A stretch of 19,811 bases of DNA from Armatimonadia bacterium (GTDB taxonomy: Bacteria > Armatimonadota > Zipacnadia > Zipacnadales > UBA11051): assembly GCA_039683575.1 (NCBI GenBank), contig JBDKRC010000059.1, positions 1-19,811 on the forward strand, read 5' to 3'. Positions within the stretch are counted from its first letter, which is position 1; each line of letters starts with the position of its first letter. The position numbers and the translations under genes were made by a program. The notes under the pieces were generated by a model. It did not search any database and was not told the DNA's origin. It saw only the letters and a list, made by a program, of their open reading frames with translations. Shown piece by piece: positions 7,752 to 16,098 of the stretch.

Positions 7752-10349
7752 ATGCGGTATTTGTGCCTGTCGCTGCTCATCGTGCTAGCTTTGCCGTGCT
7801 TCGCCGCTACCTGCCCGGTATACGACGGTTCGGCAAAGGCCGTCATCGTGTATCCTGACGGGGCTAAGGACGAAGGCAAGCAGGCTTACGAGGACCTTGC
7901 CCTATACCTCAAGAAGGCCACCGGCCAGGACTTCACCGTCGTGCCTGAGAGCCAGTTCAAGCCCGGTGCCGGCACGCCGATCTACGTTGGCAAGTGCGAC
8001 GCGGTGCGCGAGGCCCTCGGCCGTGAGATCCGCCGTCTCGACCGCGACGCCTATATCGTCTCCGTCGAGCCGTCCCGCATCATGCTCGTGGGCCCCTATG
8101 GCTGGTCCACGTACTGGGCCGTCTGCCAGTTCCTCGAAGACGTCGTCGGTGTCCGCTGGCTCATCCCTGGCCCGCTGGGCGAGGATGTGCCCCAGTGTCA
8201 GCGCATAGCCGCTCCCGTCGGCAAGCAGGTGTACACCCCCGTGATGCTCTCCCGCCTGTGGAGCGGCGCCCACTACGGCGGGCCCTGGAACCTCCGACAG
8301 CGCATCCACAGCCGGTACAATTTCCACCACAACCTCATCAACATCTTCGCTGTGGACAAGTACTGGGCGACACACCCCGAGTACTACCCTATCCATGGCA
8401 CCGAACGCTACAAGCCCGGCGGCCCGGACGACTGCGCTTGGCAGCCGTGTATGAGCAATGAAGCCACCGTCCAGCGTGCCGCCGACGCCGCCCGCGAGGC
8501 TTTTGGCAGCGACCCCACCCTCGAATCGTTCTCCTTCGGCATGAACGATGGCCAGGGCTGGTGCGAATGCCCCGGCTGCAAGGCCATAGACAAGCCCATG
8601 AAGGAGTGGCACGGCTTCTCCGGCGACAAGAGCGTGCTTTTCTATAGCTGGCTCAACCGCGTCGCTGCCAACCTCGAGAAAGACTATCCCAACAAAATGC
8701 TCGGCTGCCTGGCCTACTCCAGCGCCATCCTGCCGCCCCCGGGCATGAAGCTGCACCGCAACATCATCCCGTACTTCACCAGCAACCGCGCGGACTATTT
8801 TGACCCCAAGTTCAAGGCCCAGGACCAGCACCTCATCAAGTGGTGGTCCCAGTCCGCCAACCAGATGGGCATCTATGACTATGCCTACGGCGTCGGTTTC
8901 GCCGTCCCGCGCATCTATAACCATCTCTTCCAGGACGCGGTGAAGTATGCCGTGGCCAACAAAGTGAAGGGCTTCTACGCCGAGGTCTATCCCAACTGGG
9001 GTCTGGACGGTCCCAAGCTCTACACGATGGCCCGGATTGTCTGGAATCCCAACTGCAACGTGAACGCGATCACTAACGAGTGGAACGACCGCATGTTCCG
9101 CGAGGCCGCCGCGCCCATGAAGCAGTACTTCTTCCTCGCCGAAGACACCTGGCGCAAGCAAAAGGGCAATGGCGCGTGGGCCTACCGCCTCGCCGCCGAT
9201 CCCGCCCAGTTCCAGATCTTCAGCCCTGCGGTCATGGATCAGATGACCAAGTGTCTCGACGATGCTGCTGCGCTGGCCAAGGATGACCTCGTCAAGCAGC
9301 GCATTCAGTTCTTCCGCAAGACCTGGGAGCTAACCCGCATCCTCGGCGGCAACTACTGGGCCGGCATGCAGATTCAGCAGCTAATAGACAGGAACGTCCC
9401 CGTTGAAGAAGTCGCCCAGGCGATGCGCAGCATGGTTGATAGCATGGCGGGAGTCGATGTAGACGCCTACTTCAAGGCGACCTTCGACAAGGACCCGATC
9501 GCCTACTTCCCGCCGCTCAACGGCTGGTTCACGCCTCTCAAGGCCGGCGCGATGACCAACGCCACCCGCTACTTCGCCTCGGCCGTCGCCAACGAGGCCA
9601 TCAAGATGTCGCGCGAACAGGGCAAGCTCGACGGTGCCAGCATCCGTCGCAACATTGACAAGCGAGTGGCCGAGATCTTCGGCACGGACGGCTCGGACAA
9701 GTACCGCGCCACCGTCGCACGCATGCGCGACATGTCCCTGAAGATCGGCACCGCCGTCAAGGCTGAGGCCGCGCCGAAGGTTGATGGCGTCCTCGACGAG
9801 CCAGTGTGGCAGCGCTCGGACGTTCTGACCGACTTCATCACCTGGGGCGGCACCGGAGCTGCCGGGCAGGTAACCAGGGTCCGCGTGTGCTACGAGGGCT
9901 CGAACCTCTACGTTGGCCTAGAGTGCCTGCAGGACACCTCGAAGCTCGTGGTACAGTCCGCGCCGCGTGACGGTTCAACATGGAAAGACGATTCGGTGGA
10001 GATCTTCTTCAACAAGGGGATGGAGGCCGCTCCGCACGCGCAGTTCATAGTCAACGCCGCCGGGGCCTTCTTCGACCAGTATGACAAGGACGGCACGCAG
10101 GCCTACGCCGAGCGCCTCGCCCACAACTTCGACTGCTCCTGGGCTGCCAAAGTCTATCCCGACAAGTGGACCGCCGAGGTTCGTCTGCCTCTGCGCGAGC
10201 TTGGCGTTGACCCCGCGAAGCAGAACATGGTTCGCATGAACTTCGTGCGTAACTGCAACGTGGGCAAGGAAATGAACATCTCAGCGTGGTTCTCAAGCCT
10301 GAGAGCCCACGCCGACCCGCTCAGTCGCGGCTGGATCCTGTTCGAGTAG
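7752..10349 (+). CDS. Secreted DUF4838-domain protein with C-terminal CBM9-like domain
   Basis: Signal peptide MRYLCLSLLIVLALPCFAA; VCQFLEDVVGVRWLIPG, HPEYYP, QPCMSN, MNDGQGWCECPGC, CLAYS and YDY motifs typical of DUF4838 proteins. C-terminal APKVDGVLDEPVW...DDSVEIFF...WTAEVRLPL...RMNFVRN. Start moved to ATG 7752 on the SD. Confidence 0.8.
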   Translation: MRYLCLSLLIVLALPCFAATCPVYDGSAKAVIVYPDGAKDEGKQAYEDLALYLKKATGQDFTVVPESQFKPGAGTPIYVGKCDAVREALGREIRRLDRDAYIVSVEPSRIMLVGPYGWSTYWAVCQFLEDVVGVRWLIPGPLGEDVPQCQRIAAPVGKQVYTPVMLSRLWSGAHYGGPWNLRQRIHSRYNFHHNLINIFAVDKYWATHPEYYPIHGTERYKPGGPDDCAWQPCMSNEATVQRAADAAREAFGSDPTLESFSFGMNDGQGWCECPGCKAIDKPMKEWHGFSGDKSVLFYSWLNRVAANLEKDYPNKMLGCLAYSSAILPPPGMKLHRNIIPYFTSNRADYFDPKFKAQDQHLIKWWSQSANQMGIYDYAYGVGFAVPRIYNHLFQDAVKYAVANKVKGFYAEVYPNWGLDGPKLYTMARIVWNPNCNVNAITNEWNDRMFREAAAPMKQYFFLAEDTWRKQKGNGAWAYRLAADPAQFQIFSPAVMDQMTKCLDDAAALAKDDLVKQRIQFFRKTWELTRILGGNYWAGMQIQQLIDRNVPVEEVAQAMRSMVDSMAGVDVDAYFKATFDKDPIAYFPPLNGWFTPLKAGAMTNATRYFASAVANEAIKMSREQGKLDGASIRRNIDKRVAEIFGTDGSDKYRATVARMRDMSLKIGTAVKAEAAPKVDGVLDEPVWQRSDVLTDFITWGGTGAAGQVTRVRVCYEGSNLYVGLECLQDTSKLVVQSAPRDGSTWKDDSVEIFFNKGMEAAPHAQFIVNAAGAFFDQYDKDGTQAYAERLAHNFDCSWAAKVYPDKWTAEVRLPLRELGVDPAKQNMVRMNFVRNCNVGKEMNISAWFSSLRAHADPLSRGWILFE

Positions 10350-10362
10350 GGAAAGCAACCTA

Positions 10363-10515
10363 ACGCCGCGTAGGTGGGTTCGTCTCGAACCCACACTGGA
10401 TCCCGTTCGAGTAGCATCCAGTCCCAATCACGCGTAGGTGGGTTCGTCTCGAACCCACACCCCCGGCCACGTGAGGCAACGGTGTGGGTGCGAGACGCAC
10501 CCACCTACGCGGCGT
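10363..10515. repeat. Cluster of three GTAG-REP hairpins (two direct, one inverted; REPIN/BIME-like)
   Basis: Identical 30-mers CGCGTAGGTGGGTTCGTCTCGAACCCACAC at 10367-10396 and 10431-10460, plus an inverted variant at 10482-10511, between convergent genes. Confidence 0.85.
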
Positions 10516-10529
10516 ATGGCGTACGCGTC

Positions 10530-11060
10530 CTACGGCTTGCCCTGCGCCAGGTACGTCTCCGTGCCGCAGTACGGGCACCGGGCCATACTCTTGCCGGCCA
10601 ATTCGATTGCCCCGCCGCAATTGGGGCACTTATTCCCTGAGATCTTCTCCGCCTCCGCCGAGATGATCTCCCGCCCGCGCCAGTTCACGTAGCCCGTGAA
10701 CAGCCGCTTGCCCACCAGATCATAGATTCCGCTCTCGATGTCCGACGGCCGCGCGTCAAGCTCCCGAGATAGTTCCTCAAAGCTGCACCGCCCGCGCGTC
10801 TGCACCCGCTCCAGAATCTCCTCCTGCAGGTCCGCGGTCACCTGCTCCCTCGCCTCTCCGCCCGCGCGCTGCAGCAGTACCGCTGCCACCACCCACATCA
10901 GCATCGCGGGCATGGCCCCGAACACGCCGATGCCCAGGATGGCCGCGGGCATATCCTGCACCTTGCCGCTAACCAGGCCCGCATACACGAAGAATGAGAT
11001 GACGCTCAACCAGCACACGCCAACAACGATGAGCGCAAAGCCTACCGAACGAGTTGTCAT
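10530..11060 (-). CDS. Membrane protein: 2 TM helices, winged-helix/PCI-like domain, C-terminal zinc ribbon
   Basis: Two hydrophobic segments; CSFEELSRELDARPSDIESGIYDLVGKRLFTGYVNW resembles a winged helix; CPNCG...CPYCG at the C-terminus. Starts 25 nt after the DUF2207 stop. Confidence 0.75.
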   Translation of the reverse strand: MTTRSVGFALIVVGVCWLSVISFFVYAGLVSGKVQDMPAAILGIGVFGAMPAMLMWVVAAVLLQRAGGEAREQVTADLQEEILERVQTRGRCSFEELSRELDARPSDIESGIYDLVGKRLFTGYVNWRGREIISAEAEKISGNKCPNCGGAIELAGKSMARCPYCGTETYLAQGKP

Positions 11061-11085
11061 GCTTGGTCGCCTCTAGCTGAAATGC

Positions 11086-12969
11086 TTACCAGCCGCCCCC
11101 GCCTCCTCCGCCACCACCCCCACCGCCGCCGCCCCCTCCACCACCATCGCCGCCGGGCGAACTGGATAACGTGGAACTCATGCTGTTGATGGTGCTGAAT
11201 AGCCCGTCGCTGATGCTCTGCAGCGAAGGCAGGCTCACACTGGAGCCGATCCCGCCCCCGCCACTGCTGTCATAGCTCGACACGTACCACGTAGGCGAAT
11301 ACACGGGCTCCGGCCCAGCCTCAAGCTGCCGGATGAGCTTCTTCTCAACCCCGAACGCCACCGCATAGGGGAAGTATTGGTCCACGATCTTCTGCGCCTG
11401 CGGAGTCTCGCTGTAGCGCTTGAGGTTCGCCAGATACCGCTTGAAGGCGAGCCACTGCTGCCGCGCCTCGGCTCCTGGCCGCGTCCGCCGCGGCATCAGC
11501 GGGGCAAAGGCTATGAGCACTAGCGCAGACAAAATGCCTGTAGTGACCGCCCCGCCGACGGAAATCACATGAAACGCGGTCCCCGGATTCAGGCCCAACG
11601 CGAACAAGCTCGCCAGGAGAGCGACCAGCACTGTCAGCAGCCTGGCTTCTCCATGGGTCACCCTGTAGAACCAGATCATCGCCACCAGCGCGGACACGCC
11701 CCGCGCAACCCAGTGCCACGCTCCCGGGATGACGGCTGCGTCGAGGTAGAATCCTGCGACGGTGAAGCCCACCAGCAGCCCGTACATCGTATAGCGCTCG
11801 CGCACCTTGTTCGGCTTCTCCTCGAAAAAGCCGGCGCTGGTCACGCTCTGGTACAACTGCGCTTGCATCTGTTGGGCGGTCGTATAGAACTTGTCCTCAA
11901 GATCCTTGAAGTACACAGTGCTTCCCACGTCGGCGTCACTGGCAAACCCTAACCCTTGCAGCGCCGACTGCTCGAAATCCGGCGGCTCGGGCGGCATCTG
12001 CAGCAGTGTGATCCCGGTCTCCTGTTTGCTCGTCGGGTTCTCCTCCAGCCGCAGGAACCCCCGTGCCGCCAGGTCCATGATCGTCGCCGTAACGTCCCTC
12101 ATCTCCGCGCGCTCATCAATCAGTGTCCCGACTAGCCCCGGCGCCAGGTCCGACGGCGGCTCGGTAACATACTTCGCTGTCATCCGCGCCAGAGGGTCCA
12201 CACCATGCGTGTGGTAGGCCACGAGCATCCCCAGAAACACCGCCAGCACCGTAAGAAAGTACAGGAAGTATATCCAGCCGTCGTTCAGCAGCCTCACCGC
12301 CGAGAACACCTGCGGCAGCCCGCACTTGGGGAACCGGATACGGAACTCAAGGTCCTCTCCCGGCTGAACGTCCTCCGCATAGAACTGGACGCGGTTATCC
12401 TTTGAGACCTCAAGCTCTCGTTGGCCGCCGAAGGCATAGCTGGTGGCTTTGACCTCCGCTCCCGCCGGTAATGAATGCGGCAGGATAACCTCCACTTCGG
12501 CCAGCTTGATGTCTGCCTCCCTGTCCGGGAACAGCGGCTTCCAATAGAGCTCCTCGTACAGTCCGTACTGGTCCAGCGCGCCGTGTACGTTGTATGTCAG
12601 CCGCATGTTGACGTGTGTGTTGTCGTATGGCGGTTCGCCGACATCGCGGCTGCGCCATTTTACTCGCAGATGCCCTTCAGTCCGTTGGAGCGTATAGTAC
12701 CCCTTGTCGGTCGGGTTCCCCCGGCGGTATTCGCGGCCATTCTCAAACACTTTGATGTCGCTATATTGATCCACCCGTGACAAATCGAGATCGCGGTAGC
12801 CACCGTTCCACGCACCGTTGTATACATATTCCTGATCTTCGACCACGTGCAGCACCGCGTCATCCCCGACGGTAATGGTGACCTGCACCTTCTGCCAGTA
12901 CAGATCGCGCGCTGCGACGGGCGCTGCAATGGCGGCCGCGAATAGTAGGGGGAGAAGATACCGCGACAT
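11086..12969 (-). CDS. DUF2207 family membrane protein
   Basis: Signal peptide; ELYWK; PPSDLAPGLVGTLID...VTATIMDLAARGFL; several TM helices; WLAFKRYL; YFPYAVAFGV; Gly-rich tail ending GGGW. ATG 12969 has SD GAGGTG. Confidence 0.88.
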   Translation of the reverse strand: MSRYLLPLLFAAAIAAPVAARDLYWQKVQVTITVGDDAVLHVVEDQEYVYNGAWNGGYRDLDLSRVDQYSDIKVFENGREYRRGNPTDKGYYTLQRTEGHLRVKWRSRDVGEPPYDNTHVNMRLTYNVHGALDQYGLYEELYWKPLFPDREADIKLAEVEVILPHSLPAGAEVKATSYAFGGQRELEVSKDNRVQFYAEDVQPGEDLEFRIRFPKCGLPQVFSAVRLLNDGWIYFLYFLTVLAVFLGMLVAYHTHGVDPLARMTAKYVTEPPSDLAPGLVGTLIDERAEMRDVTATIMDLAARGFLRLEENPTSKQETGITLLQMPPEPPDFEQSALQGLGFASDADVGSTVYFKDLEDKFYTTAQQMQAQLYQSVTSAGFFEEKPNKVRERYTMYGLLVGFTVAGFYLDAAVIPGAWHWVARGVSALVAMIWFYRVTHGEARLLTVLVALLASLFALGLNPGTAFHVISVGGAVTTGILSALVLIAFAPLMPRRTRPGAEARQQWLAFKRYLANLKRYSETPQAQKIVDQYFPYAVAFGVEKKLIRQLEAGPEPVYSPTWYVSSYDSSGGGGIGSSVSLPSLQSISDGLFSTINSMSSTLSSSPGGDGGGGGGGGGGGGGGGGGGW

Positions 12970-12993
12970 GGTAGATCGCACCTCGAAGCCCAT

Positions 12994-13021
12994 CTTCGCC
13001 CCGTTTGCGGACCTCTCCTGC
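12994..13021 (-). promoter_or_regulatory. Sigma-H-like promoter for the DUF2207 unit
   Basis: Minus strand GCAGGAGAG-GTCCGCAAACGG-GGCGAAG (AGGA-N18-GAA), about 25 nt before ATG 12969. Confidence 0.5.
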
Positions 13022-13049
13022 ACAGCATAGGTCTCTCTGGCCGTGTGGG

Positions 13050-13079
13050 TTGACAAGGGCCTTTTCAGTTGACTATACT
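13050..13079 (+). promoter_or_regulatory. Sigma-70/sigma-A promoter
   Basis: TTGACA (13050-13055)-N18-TATACT (13074-13079) upstream of the rightward cluster. Confidence 0.75.
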
Positions 13080-13178
13080 GCCTGTAACTACCGGAAGACC
13101 AACTGCGCGCGAGCGGGCGCGCGGGCCGCTATTCCTGGCGCCCCAACCGTACCCGCCTGCGAAGGAGCTACCGCACAC

Positions 13179-14009
13179 ATGGCTGCACCCGAAGCTGCAG
13201 GACCCACTCCGGTGACCACGAAGACCACCTTCTGTCCCGAATGCGGACAGGAGAACCCCGCTCACCGTGGCGCCTGTGTCATCTGCTATAGTCCCCTCCG
13301 CCAGCTCGGCGGCGGCCTCCCCTGTCCGAACTGCGGCGAGGAGAATCCCAAAGACGCAAAGTTCTGCCAGCGCTGTGGCAACCCGTTTTCTTCCGGCGTG
13401 ACACGCCCCAAGACCATCAGTGAGGCCGCTCTCGCGGTGCTACACGGTGGCGTGGCCTCCCTCACGGAGGATTCCGAGGAAGGCTTCTATGAGGAGGAAG
13501 AGGGCGGCTTCATGGGCGCGGAAGAGGCCGAGGAGACTATGGGAGCCCCGGTAGCGCCACCGGCGCCGCCTGCTCCCGCTCCCGCGCCCCCGCCTGTGCC
13601 TGAGCCCGTCAGTGCGGCCGCCGCGGATGAGGATTTCCTTCCGCCGCCGCCTCCTGGCCTTGTGGAAGAAGAGGAAGTCTTCACGCCGCCTCCGCCCCCG
13701 CCTGCACCAGAGCCGGTCAGCGCCGCGGCCGCCGATGAGGATTTCCTACCGCCGCCACCTCCGGGCCTGGTGGACGAGGAAGAAGAATTCGTGCCGCCGC
13801 CCCCGCCGCCGGGGCTAGTGGAGGAAGAAGAAGAGGAATTCGTACCACCACCTCCTCCTCCGGCCCTTGAGGAAGAGGAAGCCGCTCCCGCAGCGCCTCC
13901 GGCCGCTCCGCCTGCCGGGCCCGCGCAGCCGCCTGCGGCGGCTCCCGCCGCGGCCGAGGAAGAAGACTTCGGCGACTGGTCGCTTGACATTGAAGACAAG
14001 TCGAGCTAG
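13179..14009 (+). CDS. Double zinc-ribbon protein with long acidic proline-rich disordered tail
   Basis: CPEC..CVIC..CPNC..CQRC followed by repeated (D/E)F.PPPPP units. SD AAGGAG at 13162-13167 before ATG 13179. The track start 13005 lies upstream of the promoter. Confidence 0.8.
   Translation: MAAPEAAGPTPVTTKTTFCPECGQENPAHRGACVICYSPLRQLGGGLPCPNCGEENPKDAKFCQRCGNPFSSGVTRPKTISEAALAVLHGGVASLTEDSEEGFYEEEEGGFMGAEEAEETMGAPVAPPAPPAPAPAPPPVPEPVSAAAADEDFLPPPPPGLVEEEEVFTPPPPPPAPEPVSAAAADEDFLPPPPPGLVDEEEEFVPPPPPPGLVEEEEEEFVPPPPPPALEEEEAAPAAPPAAPPAGPAQPPAAAPAAAEEEDFGDWSLDIEDKSS
13599..13880 (+). repeat. Intragenic coding repeats (PEPVSAAAADEDFLPPPPPGLV x2; EEEF(V)PPPPP units)
   Basis: A 22-aa identical unit starts at 13599 and 13707 (108-nt period); shorter variants follow. 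Confidence 0.85.
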
Positions 14010-14015
14010 TCTGCC

Positions 14016-14699
14016 ATGAACTCTGTGGCGGCTAATCTCCAACGAGTACAGGCTACGATTGAGGCCGCGGCCGTTCGCGCGGGCCGTGACCCATCCGAAG
14101 TCACGCTCGTAGCAGTAAGCAAGACCCGAGAACCTTCCGAAATCGCCGCCGCCGCTGCCGCCGGAGCCACTGAATTCGGCGAGAACTACGTTCAGGAGCT
14201 CCTGAACAAGCAAAAAGAGCTCGGCGGCATTCACTGGCACTTCATAGGCCACCTGCAGCGCAACAAGGTCAGGTTCATATTGCCCTTCTGCGCTATGGTA
14301 CACGTGGTAGACAGCGTGCGCCTGGCCCAGGAAATCGACCATCGCGCCAGGCAGCTTGACCGCCTTCAGCCCGTCCTGCTGCAGGTTGACCTGGCTGGCG
14401 AAGAGACGAAGTTCGGCTGCCCCGAGAATCTAGTGGAGGAATTGGCGCAGGAACTGGCTAACCTGCCCAATGTGGACTGGCAGGGGCTGATGACGATCCC
14501 GCCGCTGGCGGGAGAGCCGGAGCAGTCTCGTCCGTATTTCATCCGCCTGCGCGAACTGCGCGACAGACTGAGAGAACGTTTCCCTGACCAACCACTGGCC
14601 CATCTGTCTATGGGCATGTCCATGGATTACGAAGTAGCCATCGAAGAAGGAGCCACACTAGTTCGCATCGGTACCGCAATTTTCGGCCCCAGGCATTAA
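14016..14699 (+). CDS. yggS: PLP homeostasis protein, YggS/PLPBP family
   Basis: LVAVSKT (PLP lysine), FGENYVQE, WHFIGHLQRNK, LSMGMS.DYEVAIEEGAT.VRIGTAIFG. Confidence 0.97.
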   Translation: MNSVAANLQRVQATIEAAAVRAGRDPSEVTLVAVSKTREPSEIAAAAAAGATEFGENYVQELLNKQKELGGIHWHFIGHLQRNKVRFILPFCAMVHVVDSVRLAQEIDHRARQLDRLQPVLLQVDLAGEETKFGCPENLVEELAQELANLPNVDWQGLMTIPPLAGEPEQSRPYFIRLRELRDRLRERFPDQPLAHLSMGMSMDYEVAIEEGATLVRIGTAIFGPRH

Positions 14700-14781
14700 C
14701 CGTTCGTGCCCAGGGACTTTTGACATCACGTCCAGCAATAATCATCGCAGCCTTACACTACAGCACGGGAGGATCTAGAAG

Positions 14782-15255
14782 ATGTCATTTCTGCAGACGG
14801 CCATGGACTACTTGGGGTGGGGCAACGACCTCAACGGGGACCCGACAGACTCCGACTACGACTACGAAGAGCAGTACGAACAGCCCGAGCCGGTCAGCCG
14901 CCGGGACAATGGCGTGATTCCGCTGCGCCAGGAGCGCAACGAGTTCGCCGGCGTCAGCATTGTGCGCGCGGACCCCAAGAACATGGACCAGGCCACCACT
15001 GTGGCCGACGAGATCAAGCGCCGCCGCCCCGTGCTGCTCAACCTCCAGGGCGCTGCCGAGCCCGAAGCCAAGCGCATCCGCGATTTCATTGGCGGCGTCA
15101 CCTACGGCCTCAACGGCTACATGCGCCGCGTCTCCGACTGGGTCTACGTCTGCGCTCCCTTCGACATGCCCGTCGAAAAGCTCGTCCTCGATGGCCCCCG
15201 CGCCGGCGAGCCGCGCTACGAAACCAACGATAGCCGCTCGATTCAGGAACTCTAG
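14782..15255 (+). CDS. sepF: Cell division protein SepF
   Basis: N-terminal amphipathic helix MSFLQTAMDYLGW, acidic linker and PVLLNL...AKRIRDFIGGVTYGLNG core. SD GGGAGG; follows yggS. Confidence 0.9.
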   Translation: MSFLQTAMDYLGWGNDLNGDPTDSDYDYEEQYEQPEPVSRRDNGVIPLRQERNEFAGVSIVRADPKNMDQATTVADEIKRRRPVLLNLQGAAEPEAKRIRDFIGGVTYGLNGYMRRVSDWVYVCAPFDMPVEKLVLDGPRAGEPRYETNDSRSIQEL

Positions 15256-15273
15256 AGCGGTCAGGATCACCTC

Positions 15274-16077
15274 ATGTCAACTTATCAACTCGGTGTCATC
15301 GGCACCGGGGCCATGGGTTCGGCTCTGGTAGCCGCAGTTATTAAGGCCGGTGCCGTCCCTGCTAATCAAGTACTGGTCAGTGATGTGCGTCCGGAGGCCC
15401 TTGAGGCCTTCGCTGCCGCCACCGGTGCCGCGACCACCACTGATAACCAGCGTGTCCTCAACGAATGTGACACCATTCTGCTGGCTCTGAAGCCGCAGAT
15501 CCTGTCAGTCGCCCTTGAGCCGCTGCACCCGCGTCCCGGTCAACTGATCATCTCAATCGCTGCCGGCGTGTCGCTGGCGAAGCTTGCCGGCATGCTCGGC
15601 CCCGACCAGCCGCTGGTCCGCGTCATGCCCAATATCCTCGCCACGGTCGGCGCGGCCGCCTCCGGCTATGCCGGCAACGCCCTGGCCACTGCCGAGCATC
15701 TGGCCTTCGCGGATCGTCTACTGTCAAGTGCCGGCGCAGCCGTGCGCGTCGATGAGAAGCTCCTGGATGCCGTTACCGGCCTCTCCGGCAGCGGCCCTGC
15801 CTTCGTCGCGGTGTTTGCCGAGGCCCTCGCCGATGGCGGCGTGGTGGCCGGCCTCCCGCGGGCGGATGCTGCCAAACTGGCCGCCCAGATCATCATGGGC
15901 GTCGGCAAGTGGCTACTGGAGAATCCGGCTGGCCCGGCGGCGCTCAAGGACATGGTGAGTTCGCCTGGCGGCACGACCATCGCCGGCGTTCGCGCCCTCG
16001 AAAACGGGGGCTTCCGCAGTGCCGCCATCGAGGCCGTTGTGGCGGCCGCGCAGCGCTCGCGCGAGTTGGGGAGTTAG
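15274..16077 (+). CDS. proC: Pyrroline-5-carboxylate reductase
   Basis: GVIGTGAMG, LALKPQ, ISIAAGV, VRVMPN, AVTGLSGSGPAF, VSSPGGTTIAG. Confidence 0.97.
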   Translation: MSTYQLGVIGTGAMGSALVAAVIKAGAVPANQVLVSDVRPEALEAFAAATGAATTTDNQRVLNECDTILLALKPQILSVALEPLHPRPGQLIISIAAGVSLAKLAGMLGPDQPLVRVMPNILATVGAAASGYAGNALATAEHLAFADRLLSSAGAAVRVDEKLLDAVTGLSGSGPAFVAVFAEALADGGVVAGLPRADAAKLAAQIIMGVGKWLLENPAGPAALKDMVSSPGGTTIAGVRALENGGFRSAAIEAVVAAAQRSRELGS

Positions 16078-16098
16078 GGAAGACGAAGTGGTGCTGGC

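Noticed and set aside
931-9161. Long antisense ORFs (931..1914, 2686..3681, 6121..7359, 7902..9161)
   Set aside because: They are shadows of high-GC coding strands with no recognisable motifs.
10367-10460. Mini CRISPR array (30-nt repeats, 34-nt spacer)
   Set aside because: The third copy is inverted, single copies are dispersed after other genes, the GTAG-hairpin form is typical of REPs, and there are no cas genes or leader.
10154-10692. Short ORFs across the REP cluster
   Set aside because: They are translations of the repeats (VGGFVSNPH, WVRDAPTY).
13487-13999. Gly/Ser-rich 170-aa minus-strand ORF
   Set aside because: It is the antisense mirror of the Pro/Glu repeats.
14720-14759. Internal sepF promoter (TTGACA 14720; AATAAT; TACACT 14754)
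   Set aside because: The spacings of 11 or 28 nt do not fit sigma-70. A promoter may exist but cannot be supported from these boxes.
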